A stretch of 63,815 nt of DNA, counting the filler, from Corallochytrium limacisporum Hawaii (taxonomy: Eukaryota > Protista > Pluriformea): NCBI GenBank assembly GCA_002811645.1. It is 5 parts of 5 records of this genome, joined end to end, with 100 filler letters (N's around TTAATTAATTAA, not from the genome) between each part and the next. Parts side by side here need not be neighbours in the genome. Positions count along the whole stretch, not along the records: positions 21,491 to 44,355 come from PDIP01000176.1; positions 44,456 to 56,296 come from PDIP01000139.1; 3 more parts are not named here. One strand, given 5' to 3'. Shown here in pieces: positions 35,686 to 46,653 of this stretch (position 1 is the first letter of the stretch; each line of letters starts with the position of its first letter). The translations under genes and the position numbers were made by a program. The notes under the pieces are model-generated. The model was not told where the DNA came from and ran no database searches. It was given only the letters and a program-made list of their open reading frames with translations.

Positions 35686-36276
35686 TGTTTAGTGTTTTCT
35701 AAAGAAAGATTCACCATGAAACAGGGACTCATTGTTCCACCATCTGCACATGAACCATTGTTACGGTAACTTCATTACACATTTCAGACCGACGGCAATT
35801 CTCCCGTTGTTTATAAGATATTTATCCGGGAATCCATGAAATGTGGAGTCTCATTTTAACCCCCCCCCCCGGGGTACCTCAAGCGTTTCTCGGGCTGCCT
35901 CCCTCCATCCTCACAGTACTTTCGTTACGTTGACTTCTTGAACATAAACAAACCTTTGCGGGCCTCCTGTCTAACAATTGCGAAGATGCGCGGTGAGGGA
36001 ATCGCGTGTTTTTTTCGACCTTCACTTTGGCCAATGTCCGAGTCTCGACACGCGATTGCGAAGCCTCGGGTTTTAAACTACTAATACAACGCAGACCGAC
36101 TCTTTCAACTCAAGGACTACCATTTGCCTCAGCCATTCCATCCAAGTAAGCCCACAGCCGTGCACGGTTTTGGTACTAAAGGAAGACAAATACATTGTAG
36201 CACGCAAACCCCACAGATACGGTTCGGTTCATCCATTCGCGGTGTTCTTGATAGCAGTTTGGGTTGTTATCCAGCC

Positions 36277-36666
36277 ATGGACTCGAAAAGGGACTACGCG
36301 GCGTTCAGCGCTGCTAATGACATCAATACCGGGGATGACGCTGCTGAAATCGAGGTGACCTCTTCAGTTTTGCTCGGCGCTGCTCGGTTCATTCAGCCAG
36401 AGTGTCGAAAGATTGGCGATGCATTCATCCTGTGCAAAGCAAAGAAGCAGGATCCTCAGAAATGCTTGGAAGAAGGCAAAGCTGTGACACAGTGTGCACT
36501 CGGGGTATTTAAGAAGATCAAACAAAACTGCAATGAAGAATTCACAAAGCACTGGAAGTGTTTGGACGCGAACAATCAGAGTTTCCAGTACTGCCGGACT
36601 CTCGAAGCGGAAGCGGATAAGTGCATGCTTGACAAGGTGGGAATTAAGGCCGAGCTGTCGGAATAG
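36277..36666 (+). CDS. NDUFA8: NADH:ubiquinone oxidoreductase subunit A8 (CX9C protein)
   Basis: VTSSVLLGAARFI..EC, FILCK...DPQKCLEEGKAVTQC, C..EF..HWKCLD.NN..FQYCR. Eight Cys in CX9C-type spacing. Start context is ccagccATGG. Confidence 0.93.
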   Translation: MDSKRDYAAFSAANDINTGDDAAEIEVTSSVLLGAARFIQPECRKIGDAFILCKAKKQDPQKCLEEGKAVTQCALGVFKKIKQNCNEEFTKHWKCLDANNQSFQYCRTLEAEADKCMLDKVGIKAELSE

Positions 36667-36932
36667 ACTTGAGATTGAACTAAATGTGGAGCTATCGAAA
36701 ACTTAGTCTGTGTAGGCATTGCAGTAGACACCTGTTAGAGATGTATGGGACGAGTGATTTACTCCCCTCTTGATCTGACATAGTAGAATAAAACTGGGTG
36801 AACGATTACATCACCTCAAACTAACGAACGTAACCATTACATGGAGTGTTCAACGAACCACAAAGCATCACTTTTTTCGCTAGCATACAATGTTGAATGT
36901 AGTTGTCATATTTATCAATATGGGGCTCCCCA

Positions 36933-38537
36933 TCAATCCGTCTTCTTGTGCTCGCTTACGGTGGACTCACCCTCTTCGGTCCTTCCTTCCGTCTTCTTGT
37001 GCTCGCTTGCGGTGGACTCACCCTCTTCGGTCCTGCATCTTATGTCCTCCAGCACCTGTGCCCAGCCTGGGTATTTGCCGTTTGCTTCTTTATCGTCTTC
37101 AAAGAGCTCCATGTGCCGCTGTGCATAAAATGTCGGCATCCAGATGAAGTTGAGATAGGTCAGTACCGAGAATGCGTTCACCACATACTTCAGATACATT
37201 GGGGCCTGTTGGCGCGCCGTCATGTACGCGACGTACAGTGCCAGGCCAGCGACGCCGTTGTTAAGCATGGATTTGTACTTCCAGGGTGGCAAATCATCAC
37301 CGACACCCATCAGTGCACAGGCACCACAGAACAGATAAACGGCCAGGGCGTGGTGGCCATACAGGCCAAAGCTGGCGTGCGTTGGAAAAGACATGAAATG
37401 GCAAAGACCAATGGCATAGGACCCGATCCATGGATGCTGCGGTAAAGTCAAGAGTAGAGCAAACGTGATGAGGTCAAGATCTTGGACACTGCCATATGGA
37501 CCAAGGCATACCCATGTAAAGGCACAGAATACCATCCCGACCAACAAATGAGAGTACACTGGTTTGAGCACAAGTCTGGTTGCCAGGCCCAAGATAACGA
37601 CTATCGTGAAGCCAATGGAAATGTAGTATAGTCCAGTCTCACCCAAAATGTAGTCCCATGGTACCAGCAATCCGGTAAAGGACCAAAATCCCGGATGGGC
37701 TGGGTTCAACAGATCCTTCGAAGAGAACACCGCAATTGGGTCATAGAAAGTGTGAGTCAGTGCAGGCTTGACGACTGCACTCCAGGCCTGCTCCGGTTGC
37801 TCAAAGGGATTCAATCCGGAATCGTATAAGAGTGGACCATAAAGTGCTACAAGGCACAGGATATCCCCCATTGCAAGTTTTAGAAAGGTACCGAGCCGAA
37901 ATCCAGTATACACCACCTGCCCAAGGGTGAAGCCAAGCAGTGGCAGCGCAAAGTATAGAGCATGCCACTCGTAATGGACAGCTAAGGACCAAAAGAACGC
38001 ACCAACAGTCCAATAGCTCTTTTTGAATGCTGACATACCCAACAGCATGAGACCCATCAAGATCTGTGCGTCTCTATCTATCAGGCTGATCGGCTCCACA
38101 GCAGCAGCGAGAATAAGCGCGTCGTTGACGCCAAATCGACGGTCACTGCGGTCAGACGACGGTGCTGCGCGACGCCACACTGGTCTTGCTGTGTCAGCAA
38201 AGTCGGCAGCCCACACAGCGAGGATTCCGAATGCATAGGTCACAACGGCCAAAGCATCCTTCCATGGGATTCCCAAAGGTAATTTGCCGAGAGTGTTTTG
38301 GAAATTCGACACCTTCCACAGGAGCCACGCTCTACCCAAGCTACAGTGTTCTGTCATGGGCAGAATATCACTAATTTTCATAGAATTCATGGTGTGTACA
38401 TTGCACTGCTGCATTAATGGAAATGGATCCGTACCATGCGTGTTCAAGAGATCAATCGCCAATCGGATCACCACTGCACCGAGGATGAAACCCCCTGTGA
38501 ACTGTCGGTCGAGTACCGACAGCCATGCAGACCCCAT
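36933..38537 (-). CDS. ALG6/ALG8-like (GT57) multi-pass ER membrane protein with degenerate catalytic motifs
   Basis: Many TM segments. P.SLID, GAFFWSLAVHYEWHALYFALPLLGFTLG (cf. ALG6 GS..F.LA.NYKQM.LY.ALPFF..LLG), FWS and MSFP...FGL. C-terminal KKTD di-lysine ER-retrieval signal. Confidence 0.75.
   Translation of the reverse strand: MGSAWLSVLDRQFTGGFILGAVVIRLAIDLLNTHGTDPFPLMQQCNVHTMNSMKISDILPMTEHCSLGRAWLLWKVSNFQNTLGKLPLGIPWKDALAVVTYAFGILAVWAADFADTARPVWRRAAPSSDRSDRRFGVNDALILAAAVEPISLIDRDAQILMGLMLLGMSAFKKSYWTVGAFFWSLAVHYEWHALYFALPLLGFTLGQVVYTGFRLGTFLKLAMGDILCLVALYGPLLYDSGLNPFEQPEQAWSAVVKPALTHTFYDPIAVFSSKDLLNPAHPGFWSFTGLLVPWDYILGETGLYYISIGFTIVVILGLATRLVLKPVYSHLLVGMVFCAFTWVCLGPYGSVQDLDLITFALLLTLPQHPWIGSYAIGLCHFMSFPTHASFGLYGHHALAVYLFCGACALMGVGDDLPPWKYKSMLNNGVAGLALYVAYMTARQQAPMYLKYVVNAFSVLTYLNFIWMPTFYAQRHMELFEDDKEANGKYPGWAQVLEDIRCRTEEGESTASEHKKTEGRTEEGESTVSEHKKTD
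36937..37034. repeat. In-frame 51-bp tandem duplication at the 3' end of the ALG6-like gene
   Basis: tccgtcttcttgtgctcgctt.cggtggactcaccctcttcggtcct at 36937 and 36988, encoding RTEEGEST(A/V)SEHKKT twice. Confidence 0.92.
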
Positions 38538-40251
38538 GGTCAAGCTTGGTCAAGCTTGTTCCTGTCTACCGTGCCCTTAAATGTGTAAGACACATACTCA
38601 GTTCAAACATGAGAACCAAAGTACGATAGTATGCGCATTCGCAAAATGATATACCTGTCGCGGTGGACAATTCATCGGGTTCAGAGGCATTCCTTTTCCT
38701 TACCAACGAGACAGTGAGGAAATTGGGCGGGAGACGAAATCTGGAAGTGGGTCTGAAGTTTAATTAGACTCCCAACTCTCGTCGTGGAACAGGGGCCTAA
38801 TTTTATTAGAACATTGATCCTGTTGCGGGAGACAACCAGATGGTTGTCACGGGGCCTCTCCCGTTCACCACACAGCAGCAGTGCCACATGACCATGATCT
38901 GTTTCGTGCTGAAACTGTCGACGACAATTCGAGACCGGGGACGGACAGTTAATAAAATTCGTTCAATAGCTACACTTGTAAAGTACCAACGAAGCCCTGA
39001 AAGGTCACTCTTCGGTTCTTGAAGCCACTCGTGATCCAAAACAGCTTCCTTTGCTCCGGCCAAGCTGCCTCTTAGATCTTGAGCCGTGAATGCTCAAACT
39101 GCATTGAGCCATATTTATCATTCGTCACTAACATCTTACCAACTGTGATGGTGCTGCATGCCGTATCTAGTACTTATGATATATTTATGTGTGGTTTTAC
39201 CGTGCCTGCAGCTCTTTTCATGCAGTGATCTATGAGACGTACGAATGGTGGTTGAAATATTGCTACGTTCACCCGTACTTTGATATGTTAAGTACGGCGG
39301 CGTCGCCGATGATGATATGATAGTAATAATATATCACGAAAGAAGATAAAAAATTCTAACAACCATCTATCTCTATTCTGTTCAAACCTCGAGTACATTA
39401 ACTACTGAAGGGAACCCGGAGGGGCCCGCCATTCAATATCTATGAATGATACAGGGACTCGCCACAATGAAGGGTTTTTTTCTTCTCCTTTGCTTATTGT
39501 ATTTTGGTTTGCAATATATAGATACACAGATTATCAGATCTTCAGGGGCGGCTGGGAATAGAAATGTCATGGTGGGTTAGTACTGCAGTCCTTGTTAGCC
39601 TGACCACCAAGTTTGTAGCACAATAATCGGGTCTTTGCCATTGACCTACCGCTTGCCGGATCCTTTCTGGCAAATGCCTTCTCAAGATGCTCACCGTATA
39701 GAGATCCTACCAAGGAGTTTGCGGAATAGAACAATATTTGGCCACCTGTAGATCGGACGGCGCAATCTTCACGGGTCGAATGGCTTTCCTTTATGGAACC
39801 TTGCCTTACCATCTCTAGGTTTCCCCTATGCTCAAATTCACAGATCTGGGGACTCTTTTGGCTGGAATGTCCGATACAGATGTAGCGAAAGGGGCTGTCA
39901 AGAGTGCCCAGGTGTGCTGGGAACGAAAAGCGGTCAATGGGCCACTGAGGGTGGGGGAAAGGGGGCGGCGGACCCGACAATTTGTGGCCGCTCGTCTTTG
40001 CGGAAAGTAGAATTTCTTCAGGTGGATGTGATGGGCACCGTGTAGCTCAATATCGATCCAATGTTGTAAAGGATACAGATCAGACAGATCATGTTTCATC
40101 GTCGTATTGAGCTCATATGTGACGGACAAGGTCTTCGTTGCTGTGTCTCAGAGGTATTTAATTGATGGTCGCCAGCTGATCCCTTCGTTGCTCGTGGATG
40201 CAAATACGGCCAATACCAAAAAAAACCCTCTACTGAAGAAACAATAACGAA

Positions 40252-40581
40252 ATGATACAGCCCTTTGTCGTGGCGATTGTGTTTTTTGCAATCTTACTTG
40301 TTCCGGCGGTTGCAGCAGCAATCTGTATGTGCAAAACTCGCAACATTCTCTTGGAGCGGCGGACAGGTTCATGGGCTGCAGCACAGTGTCAAAAAGAAAC
40401 AGAAGGTCTGCCAAGCACACTGAAGGACAAGACTGACCTAGACTCTACGGGTCACGATCGTGAACAATCAACCGTAGTCGACATACCGCTGGATAATGAC
40501 GGCACAGCCAGTGAAGACCTGGGGGAGCAATACATTCCACCTAAACACCACACAGACACGACACGCATATCAGTCGCGTAG
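40252..40581 (+). CDS. Small single-pass membrane or secreted protein of unknown function
   Basis: ATG followed by a hydrophobic stretch (FVVAIVFFAILLVPAVAAAI), then CMCK and a polar/acidic tail. Confidence 0.4.
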   Translation: MIQPFVVAIVFFAILLVPAVAAAICMCKTRNILLERRTGSWAAAQCQKETEGLPSTLKDKTDLDSTGHDREQSTVVDIPLDNDGTASEDLGEQYIPPKHHTDTTRISVA

Positions 40582-41205
40582 ACCACCAACATCATTTCAA
40601 CATCAGCGCATGAAATGAAACGAGTAGACATACATACGTACATTATACAATACATACACCTTAACTGTTACTGATGCTCTGACTTATATACAGGATTACA
40701 TATCAGTGACGGGTGCATGAACATGGAACTGGTATCGTAGATCAGGGAGAGACCTCCATAGAATCTAGTCCGCAACCGTGGAGAACACATGTCTGGGTGG
40801 AGTCCCAAGCATCTGAAATGAGCGAATATGAAAACCGGGCCACTGGGTGGTCGGTAGAACGAAAAAGAAGGGGAGTCTATTTCTAGGTCTTGGCCGTCGT
40901 GAGGGAAAATAGGGATACTGGCCAAAGTATGCTAAGACTTTGGGCGAGTGTTCCACGGCTGTACCCCCTAAGAATCTAGCAATTGGTAGGGAAATGGTTT
41001 GCTAACAAAGGGGGATGAACACACCCCTCCGCGATGAGGGGAGTTGCCGCCCTTGCTGCTGAGCCACCGGTGCACTGCACTGTGAATGTGTGACTCAGTG
41101 TCTTCCCGTCAAAACACACGACCATGGTATTTCGAAACCTTAGTCGTGTCAATTTTACAACATGAAGCTTTCATGGAACAAAATAACTGATAAAGTAAAG
41201 GCGAC

Positions 41206-42966
41206 ATGAAAGTCTCCAGTGGCAAAGAGAATTTGGCAACGGCGAACAACAGTCCATGTCAATATCATCATGGAGGTGCTCTGCTGATCGAGAACTTCAG
41301 CCTTGCACACGGGGGCCGAGTGTTGTTTCGATCATCAGACCTCTGCCTTAAACATGGGAGAGTGACAGGTCTTGTTGGCATCAACGGAGCAGGAAAAACA
41401 TCTTTGGCCAAGGTACTCGCATCCAAACAGATTGAAGGATTTCCAAGCCATTTAAGAGTACAGTATCTATCCGCCTCGGACTCTTCACTGGATAAAGTCC
41501 AATTGATGCAGACACCTGTTGAATACATTCAATCACAGGTACATCAACGTTTAGACCAGGTACAGGAACAAATCGATGAGTTGGAACATGACATTGACCG
41601 AAACTCTTTCCCGGAGGAGATGTTGGAAGATGCCACCAACCGTCTTTCAGATCTGTATGATCTTCAGGAGACCTTATCCGATAGAATTCAAGTAGAGATG
41701 GACGATGCTGTTGCACAGATTGGTCTAGTAGAACACATGCACAAGAGTCTGTCCGCTCTATCCAGCGGCTGGCGATACAAATGCCAACTGGTGTCTACTC
41801 TGTTGGTCCATCCAGAACTGTTGATTGTAGATGAACCTTCGTACCTAGATGAAACTGCTATTGAATGGCTTGTTTCTCAATTGAATAGAACAGCACAAAC
41901 AGACAAGGCTATGGTCTTGCTGATCTCGCATAAAGAGTCGCTGTTGGAAACGGTGTGCGACGAAATCCTTTACATCAATGCGGCCAACCAAACATTGACG
42001 TTGTACCATTGTAGTTATTCAACATTCCGGGCCACGCATGAGGCAGAGTTGCAGAGTGCAGCAAGGACAATATCCAGCACTCAAGAAAAAGCACAGGTTG
42101 CAGAGCAGTCATTGAAGAAGGTACAATCGCAGCTAAAGAAACGGGAACAAAATACGAAAACCCTTACCACACAAAATGCCGACCAGCGGTTCATAAAAGG
42201 GAAGAGTAAGGAATCGAAACAAAAGGCTGACAAGTCCGCCGCAGCAAAATTGAGACAATCAAAACGTGACTTGGAACAGCTTGAAAGCATGAAACGCGCG
42301 GCCCAGCGAGAGCAAGTGAAGCCGCTCCATATAGATGGCATGCCTGCTGATGGTACAGTTGCAGTTTCTCTTCACGGAGTCGGTGTCGCTTATGATGGTG
42401 GATGGGTCTTCAGAAATGTGGAGACATCTATGGAAACCACGGATCGTATTTTGCTTACAGGCCCCAACGGATGTGGCAAAAGTACACTGGTGAAGGTGAT
42501 TCTTGGTGAAATGGAACCCACTGAAGGGCACGTTGTGCGCAAGGGGACCTATCTCTACTTTCCACAGACTTGCCTAAGCAGCCTAATCTCAGAAAACGGT
42601 AGCCAGATTGCAAAAGATTTCCTAGGAGACAACATGACAGAGACCATGGCACGGACTGTTCTTGGCGCATTTGGAGTGGCTGGTGACTTGGCGTTGCATC
42701 CAATTGCGTCTTTGTCGGCTGGGCAGCGGGTCCGTCTCTGGCTAGCGAAACAATTACAGCACCATCCCACTCCCTCACTGCTTGTCCTTGACGAGATTTC
42801 CGAAAATGTCGACATCGAAACGAGGGACTCTCTCATCGAAATGATGGCAACATTTGGAGGTGCGGTCCTGATGGTTTCCCATGATCCCGATTTTTGCTCG
42901 GCCTTTAACTATACAAAGACCTGGAACCTGGGGCCAAGAGGCGTCAAAGTCAGCTTTGCTGATTAA
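41206..42966 (+). CDS. ABC-F family ATPase (two NBDs, no TM) with an extended inter-ABC linker
   Basis: NBD1 has GINGAGKT, LSSGW, LLIVDEP and ISH. NBD2 has GPNGCGKS, LSAGQ, LLVLDE and VSHD. NBD1 carries a helical arm insertion. Confidence 0.92.
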   Translation: MKVSSGKENLATANNSPCQYHHGGALLIENFSLAHGGRVLFRSSDLCLKHGRVTGLVGINGAGKTSLAKVLASKQIEGFPSHLRVQYLSASDSSLDKVQLMQTPVEYIQSQVHQRLDQVQEQIDELEHDIDRNSFPEEMLEDATNRLSDLYDLQETLSDRIQVEMDDAVAQIGLVEHMHKSLSALSSGWRYKCQLVSTLLVHPELLIVDEPSYLDETAIEWLVSQLNRTAQTDKAMVLLISHKESLLETVCDEILYINAANQTLTLYHCSYSTFRATHEAELQSAARTISSTQEKAQVAEQSLKKVQSQLKKREQNTKTLTTQNADQRFIKGKSKESKQKADKSAAAKLRQSKRDLEQLESMKRAAQREQVKPLHIDGMPADGTVAVSLHGVGVAYDGGWVFRNVETSMETTDRILLTGPNGCGKSTLVKVILGEMEPTEGHVVRKGTYLYFPQTCLSSLISENGSQIAKDFLGDNMTETMARTVLGAFGVAGDLALHPIASLSAGQRVRLWLAKQLQHHPTPSLLVLDEISENVDIETRDSLIEMMATFGGAVLMVSHDPDFCSAFNYTKTWNLGPRGVKVSFAD

Positions 42967-44355
42967 GTTTAGCAGAGTGGTCTTAGTGATGTCGATGAAT
43001 TGAAACTGACATTTCTTATGGCCAATGGATTCAAGGAATTTGATGCGTTCACAATTGTGAATGAAAAATGTAGCGAATCATTATACTACGTGTTCAAAGT
43101 CTGGTATCCGCTTATGGCTTACCTAGACATGATTAACATGATTGAAACACTAGTCTCGGCTGGATGAAATACACACTGGTGCCTTGAGTAAGGCCCAACA
43201 GAATAATGGCACCCATGCTACAGATCCGGCATGGATCCTGGATGCCACTTGTGAGGTTCGACTGACTTGTTTTGCTCTACCGTCCGTACTCACAGGCGGT
43301 CTCCGCCATGAATTTGGCCGCGGGCTGGAGGGCCATCTGAATCGGTTGCTCTACTGCTGCGGCTCATAGCAACTCCTCGATTTGAACTCTGTGGGCACCC
43401 ACACCTGCCACTTTGCACGTAGCGCCACCTGAGTGCGGCATAACGCCCACCGACATTTGTTGTCCCTGAACACATTTAGAAATACATCGCTTGCTACTGT
43501 AGTGGTGGCAAGCTTGGTTTGCCGCATGTATGTACTCGATCGCAACGGCTGATCTTAAAGGGTACAACCTTGGCTACCCGTAGATGCCAACCAGAATCTT
43601 AATCTTGAGTTGCCGATGGATCAGTACAGACTTGTGCGTCACAATCGTGCAATTTGCCCCTTGAGTGTTCCGTCCCCCTCCCTATTGCCGAGCCCTTCGT
43701 CCAGCGCCCTCAAGTCCCACAACTACAGGGGGGAAGTTCCCCACCTCGCCACAGGTATATAGCAAAAGGACTCGTTGGGACCCGAGGATTTAAGGTGTTA
43801 TATTGGACACTCTTGTGGTTTGTCCTCTGCACATTTCGATTAAAGCCAGTCCGGTGGTACCAGTCGCAAAACTGTACCGCCGCGTGACGGAACCCAGCGA
43901 TAGCCTAAGGGAAGTCCATCCCGCCAACAAACTTGCGCAGTGATGTTGTCACCTCAACTGAAAACCCATATAAGAGCAATAGCAAGGATTGCCATACTTA
44001 CACACGAAGCCCAACAAACCACTCGTCCAGTACGTATTACATGAACATAATTGGTGATGATACTAAAACTGTCCACTTTGATCTGGTGTCGTTGTAGCGC
44101 TACGTTCTGCTGAACGACTTCAGCACAAGTACCAACTTCTATTGATACTACCATACCATGGTAACATTTTCACTGTTTTATGTGTAATCGTACCCAGACA
44201 TCTGAACGCATCCCTTGAATGGGCACACAGCGCACTGATGGCATCGCCTGAGCTACAGATTAGCTACTATCCTCTGAGTTGAATGTATACTCCGTATCCA
44301 ACCAAAATTTTCGTTCGAAAATATATACCGGATCGTGATTTATATGATTATTTAT

Positions 44356-44455
44356 NNNNNNNNNNNNNNNNNNNNNNNNNNNNNNNNNNNNNNNNNNNNT
44401 TAATTAATTAANNNNNNNNNNNNNNNNNNNNNNNNNNNNNNNNNNNNNNNNNNNN
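44356..44455. other. Artificial scaffold-joining linker
   Basis: N44-TTAATTAATTAA-N44. Confidence 0.95.
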
Positions 44456-45306
44456 TTCTCCCTCCCTCCTTATTCCGGTTGATTAAATGTGATTTGGAGC
44501 AATATTTCGACGCAGAGGATAGTATGACCTAACAACTCGCAGGCCAAAGTCCACATTTTGATACACAGATGGCACCTCTCGTGTCTCAGATCCGATAAAA
44601 AATTGACCCCCGACGATTGGCCGTAGGGGCCGGCTGTGCTACTACCCTCTGCGAATGTATAAGGAAGAGGAGTAGAGGAGTTAGCACGTCGTCAGTGTTC
44701 AAGAAGGAATGGGATTGGTGATCAAGCTCAGCATGGAAAGTACCACCTGTACCAGCATTACTGACGACCCGTAAGGGAGAATCCGTTCGAGGACGAAAGC
44801 CATCGTGCCCATCGTGCCCATCGTGCGCATGATTAGAAAACTGAGAACCTCATTGCTTTCATTGGCAGTTCATCCACACCGTTTGTACGCGAAGCGGGGG
44901 GAACAAGACCGTGAGCATGAATGCTTTGGCGGCATATCGATTCGTGGTTTCATTGCCGTATTACCTATGGCCTGACCACAACAACCTGAAACGTACTGTA
45001 TTGGACTCTATCCGCAGTTTTACACTCCAAAATGACCGGCGAGGGTAGAATTCCACTGTGACAAGGAAACTAGTAAAGGTGCAAAGTATTTATTTCTCCA
45101 TGTTGCAAATAGGTAAGGGTGGTGTAGTTCTAAACACGTCGATCCGAAAGCACATGCATGTCCAATTAGGACGCTGAACAGAGTTATCTGTTCAAGAGAA
45201 TTCAGAATGAAACACTTAGGCAATAAGGAAAGGACGTGAATTCGACCAGAGACCCTGAACGAGTTCGTCTTAGGCAATCCCCTGGCTTCGTATCGAAGAG
45301 TCTTCT

Positions 45307-46653
45307 TTAAAATCCCATGTGGGTGGCTGCTTCGCGTCGCTGCTGCCATGAGTTCTTGTTCACACCACAGGTACCATCACTTCCACACGGGTTACCGTTA
45401 CTGCATGGGTGGTCATCATCACAGCGATGTCCTTTAAAGTCACGCTTGCGAAGGATCAAGTCATCCACGGCATATTTCGCCTCACATAGAATGAATTCGG
45501 AGTCACCAATGTTCACGTACTCAGTAGCATAGAGGTCGTCTAGGTCCTTGCGAATCTGCAATGTACCCTTGTCATCCACCTTAAACAAGGGGGAAAAGTT
45601 TTCAAAATTGTCGGAACTGGGGACGTAATCCAGTGGGGTGAACCAGGTGTCATCATCGACGGTCACATTTTGGCCCTTCATAGCAGCAACGTAAGCATCA
45701 AAAATTCCTTCCGCGGACATGGCGATGGTGGTATTGACCTTGGCTGCATCTGGAAGATTGCCAGCTGTGAAGAAGTAGTAATCTCCATACGCTTGCCACT
45801 TTTCAGATTTGTTGGACATGACAAGACCAACCTTGTTTTCGTAGTCGTGTTCGTTGAGAGCCCATTCTCCACCACAGGTGGCTCCAAAATGGTCCATCAG
45901 TGCATGCCTGGGAACACGGGAGTGACCAGTGGCCCACTGATCGCTGAGGAAGTGATCACCAAATGCATTGATCATGTATGCTTCCTTTAGTCCATTCTCA
46001 TCGTAGTTCCACCCGGCTTCAATCGCAGTCCTCACGGCAAGCTTTCTCATAGCCCGCCAAGCCTTTTCGGCATCACCATCATCCCCAAAATGATCGAGAT
46101 TGTGGGTCTGCAGAGTGAGCCAAGAGGAGAGTTCCTCATTGCGGCCCAGTCCGGAAAGGAACAAGTGTATGTAGTCGTTGGGCCAGTCCTTGCCAGGATC
46201 CTCCCCAGCCGCGAGAGCCGCCCACACATGTTCCTTTTGTGCTTCAAAAAGCTTGTTGATAATGAAATTCTGGTATTTCTCTGAGCCAAAGCCGTATTGA
46301 TTTCCGTCGTGCTCGATCTGATAGAAGGTGTTCCAATACAACTGCGCCTGATCCTCCATGTCTTGGTCATCCTGTTTGGTATCACTCAAAGGATCTGTTG
46401 GCAAGCCCACATAATCAGGAATCGCCAGCACATCCCCGTAGGTCACGTCACCAACTCCTGGGAGAGATGCTAGAGGGTAATTTCCAGCAATATGAGTCTC
46501 AGGTGGGGACGTTGGATCCTTCGGATCCGAGAGAAACTTGAGAGTGACCCCGTCGCCAATCCCTTTGTGTTCCACCGATGCAAAGGCGCGTACATGCGTG
46601 GAAACAGTAAGAGCCAAGGCCACCGAAGAGTTGATAAAGTTGTTGAGCTTCAT
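45307..46653 (-). CDS. Secreted Zn-metallophospholipase C of the Legionella PlcA/PlcB/PlcC / Pseudomonas fluorescens PC-PLC family
   Basis: Signal peptide ending at VRA/F, then FASVEHKGIG, TYGDVLA..DY.G, NLDHF, AYMINAFGDHFLSDQWATGHSRVPR, HDYEN..GL and WQAYGD. A small Cys-rich C-terminal module follows an RKR site. Confidence 0.85.
   Translation of the reverse strand: MKLNNFINSSVALALTVSTHVRAFASVEHKGIGDGVTLKFLSDPKDPTSPPETHIAGNYPLASLPGVGDVTYGDVLAIPDYVGLPTDPLSDTKQDDQDMEDQAQLYWNTFYQIEHDGNQYGFGSEKYQNFIINKLFEAQKEHVWAALAAGEDPGKDWPNDYIHLFLSGLGRNEELSSWLTLQTHNLDHFGDDGDAEKAWRAMRKLAVRTAIEAGWNYDENGLKEAYMINAFGDHFLSDQWATGHSRVPRHALMDHFGATCGGEWALNEHDYENKVGLVMSNKSEKWQAYGDYYFFTAGNLPDAAKVNTTIAMSAEGIFDAYVAAMKGQNVTVDDDTWFTPLDYVPSSDNFENFSPLFKVDDKGTLQIRKDLDDLYATEYVNIGDSEFILCEAKYAVDDLILRKRDFKGHRCDDDHPCSNGNPCGSDGTCGVNKNSWQQRREAATHMGF

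Noticed and set aside
35686-36276. Possible MOCS2B ORF downstream of MOCS2A, as in the animal bicistronic MOCS2 transcript
   Set aside because: No MoaE-like reading frame follows. The next gene is NDUFA8.
44761-44826. Hammerhead-like string CTGACGA-cccGTAAggg-agaa-tccgttcgaggac-GAAA followed by (CCATCGTGC)x3
   Set aside because: The core nucleotides are present, but I could not build stems I and III or a valid NUH site by hand. It would need an Infernal hit to be reported.
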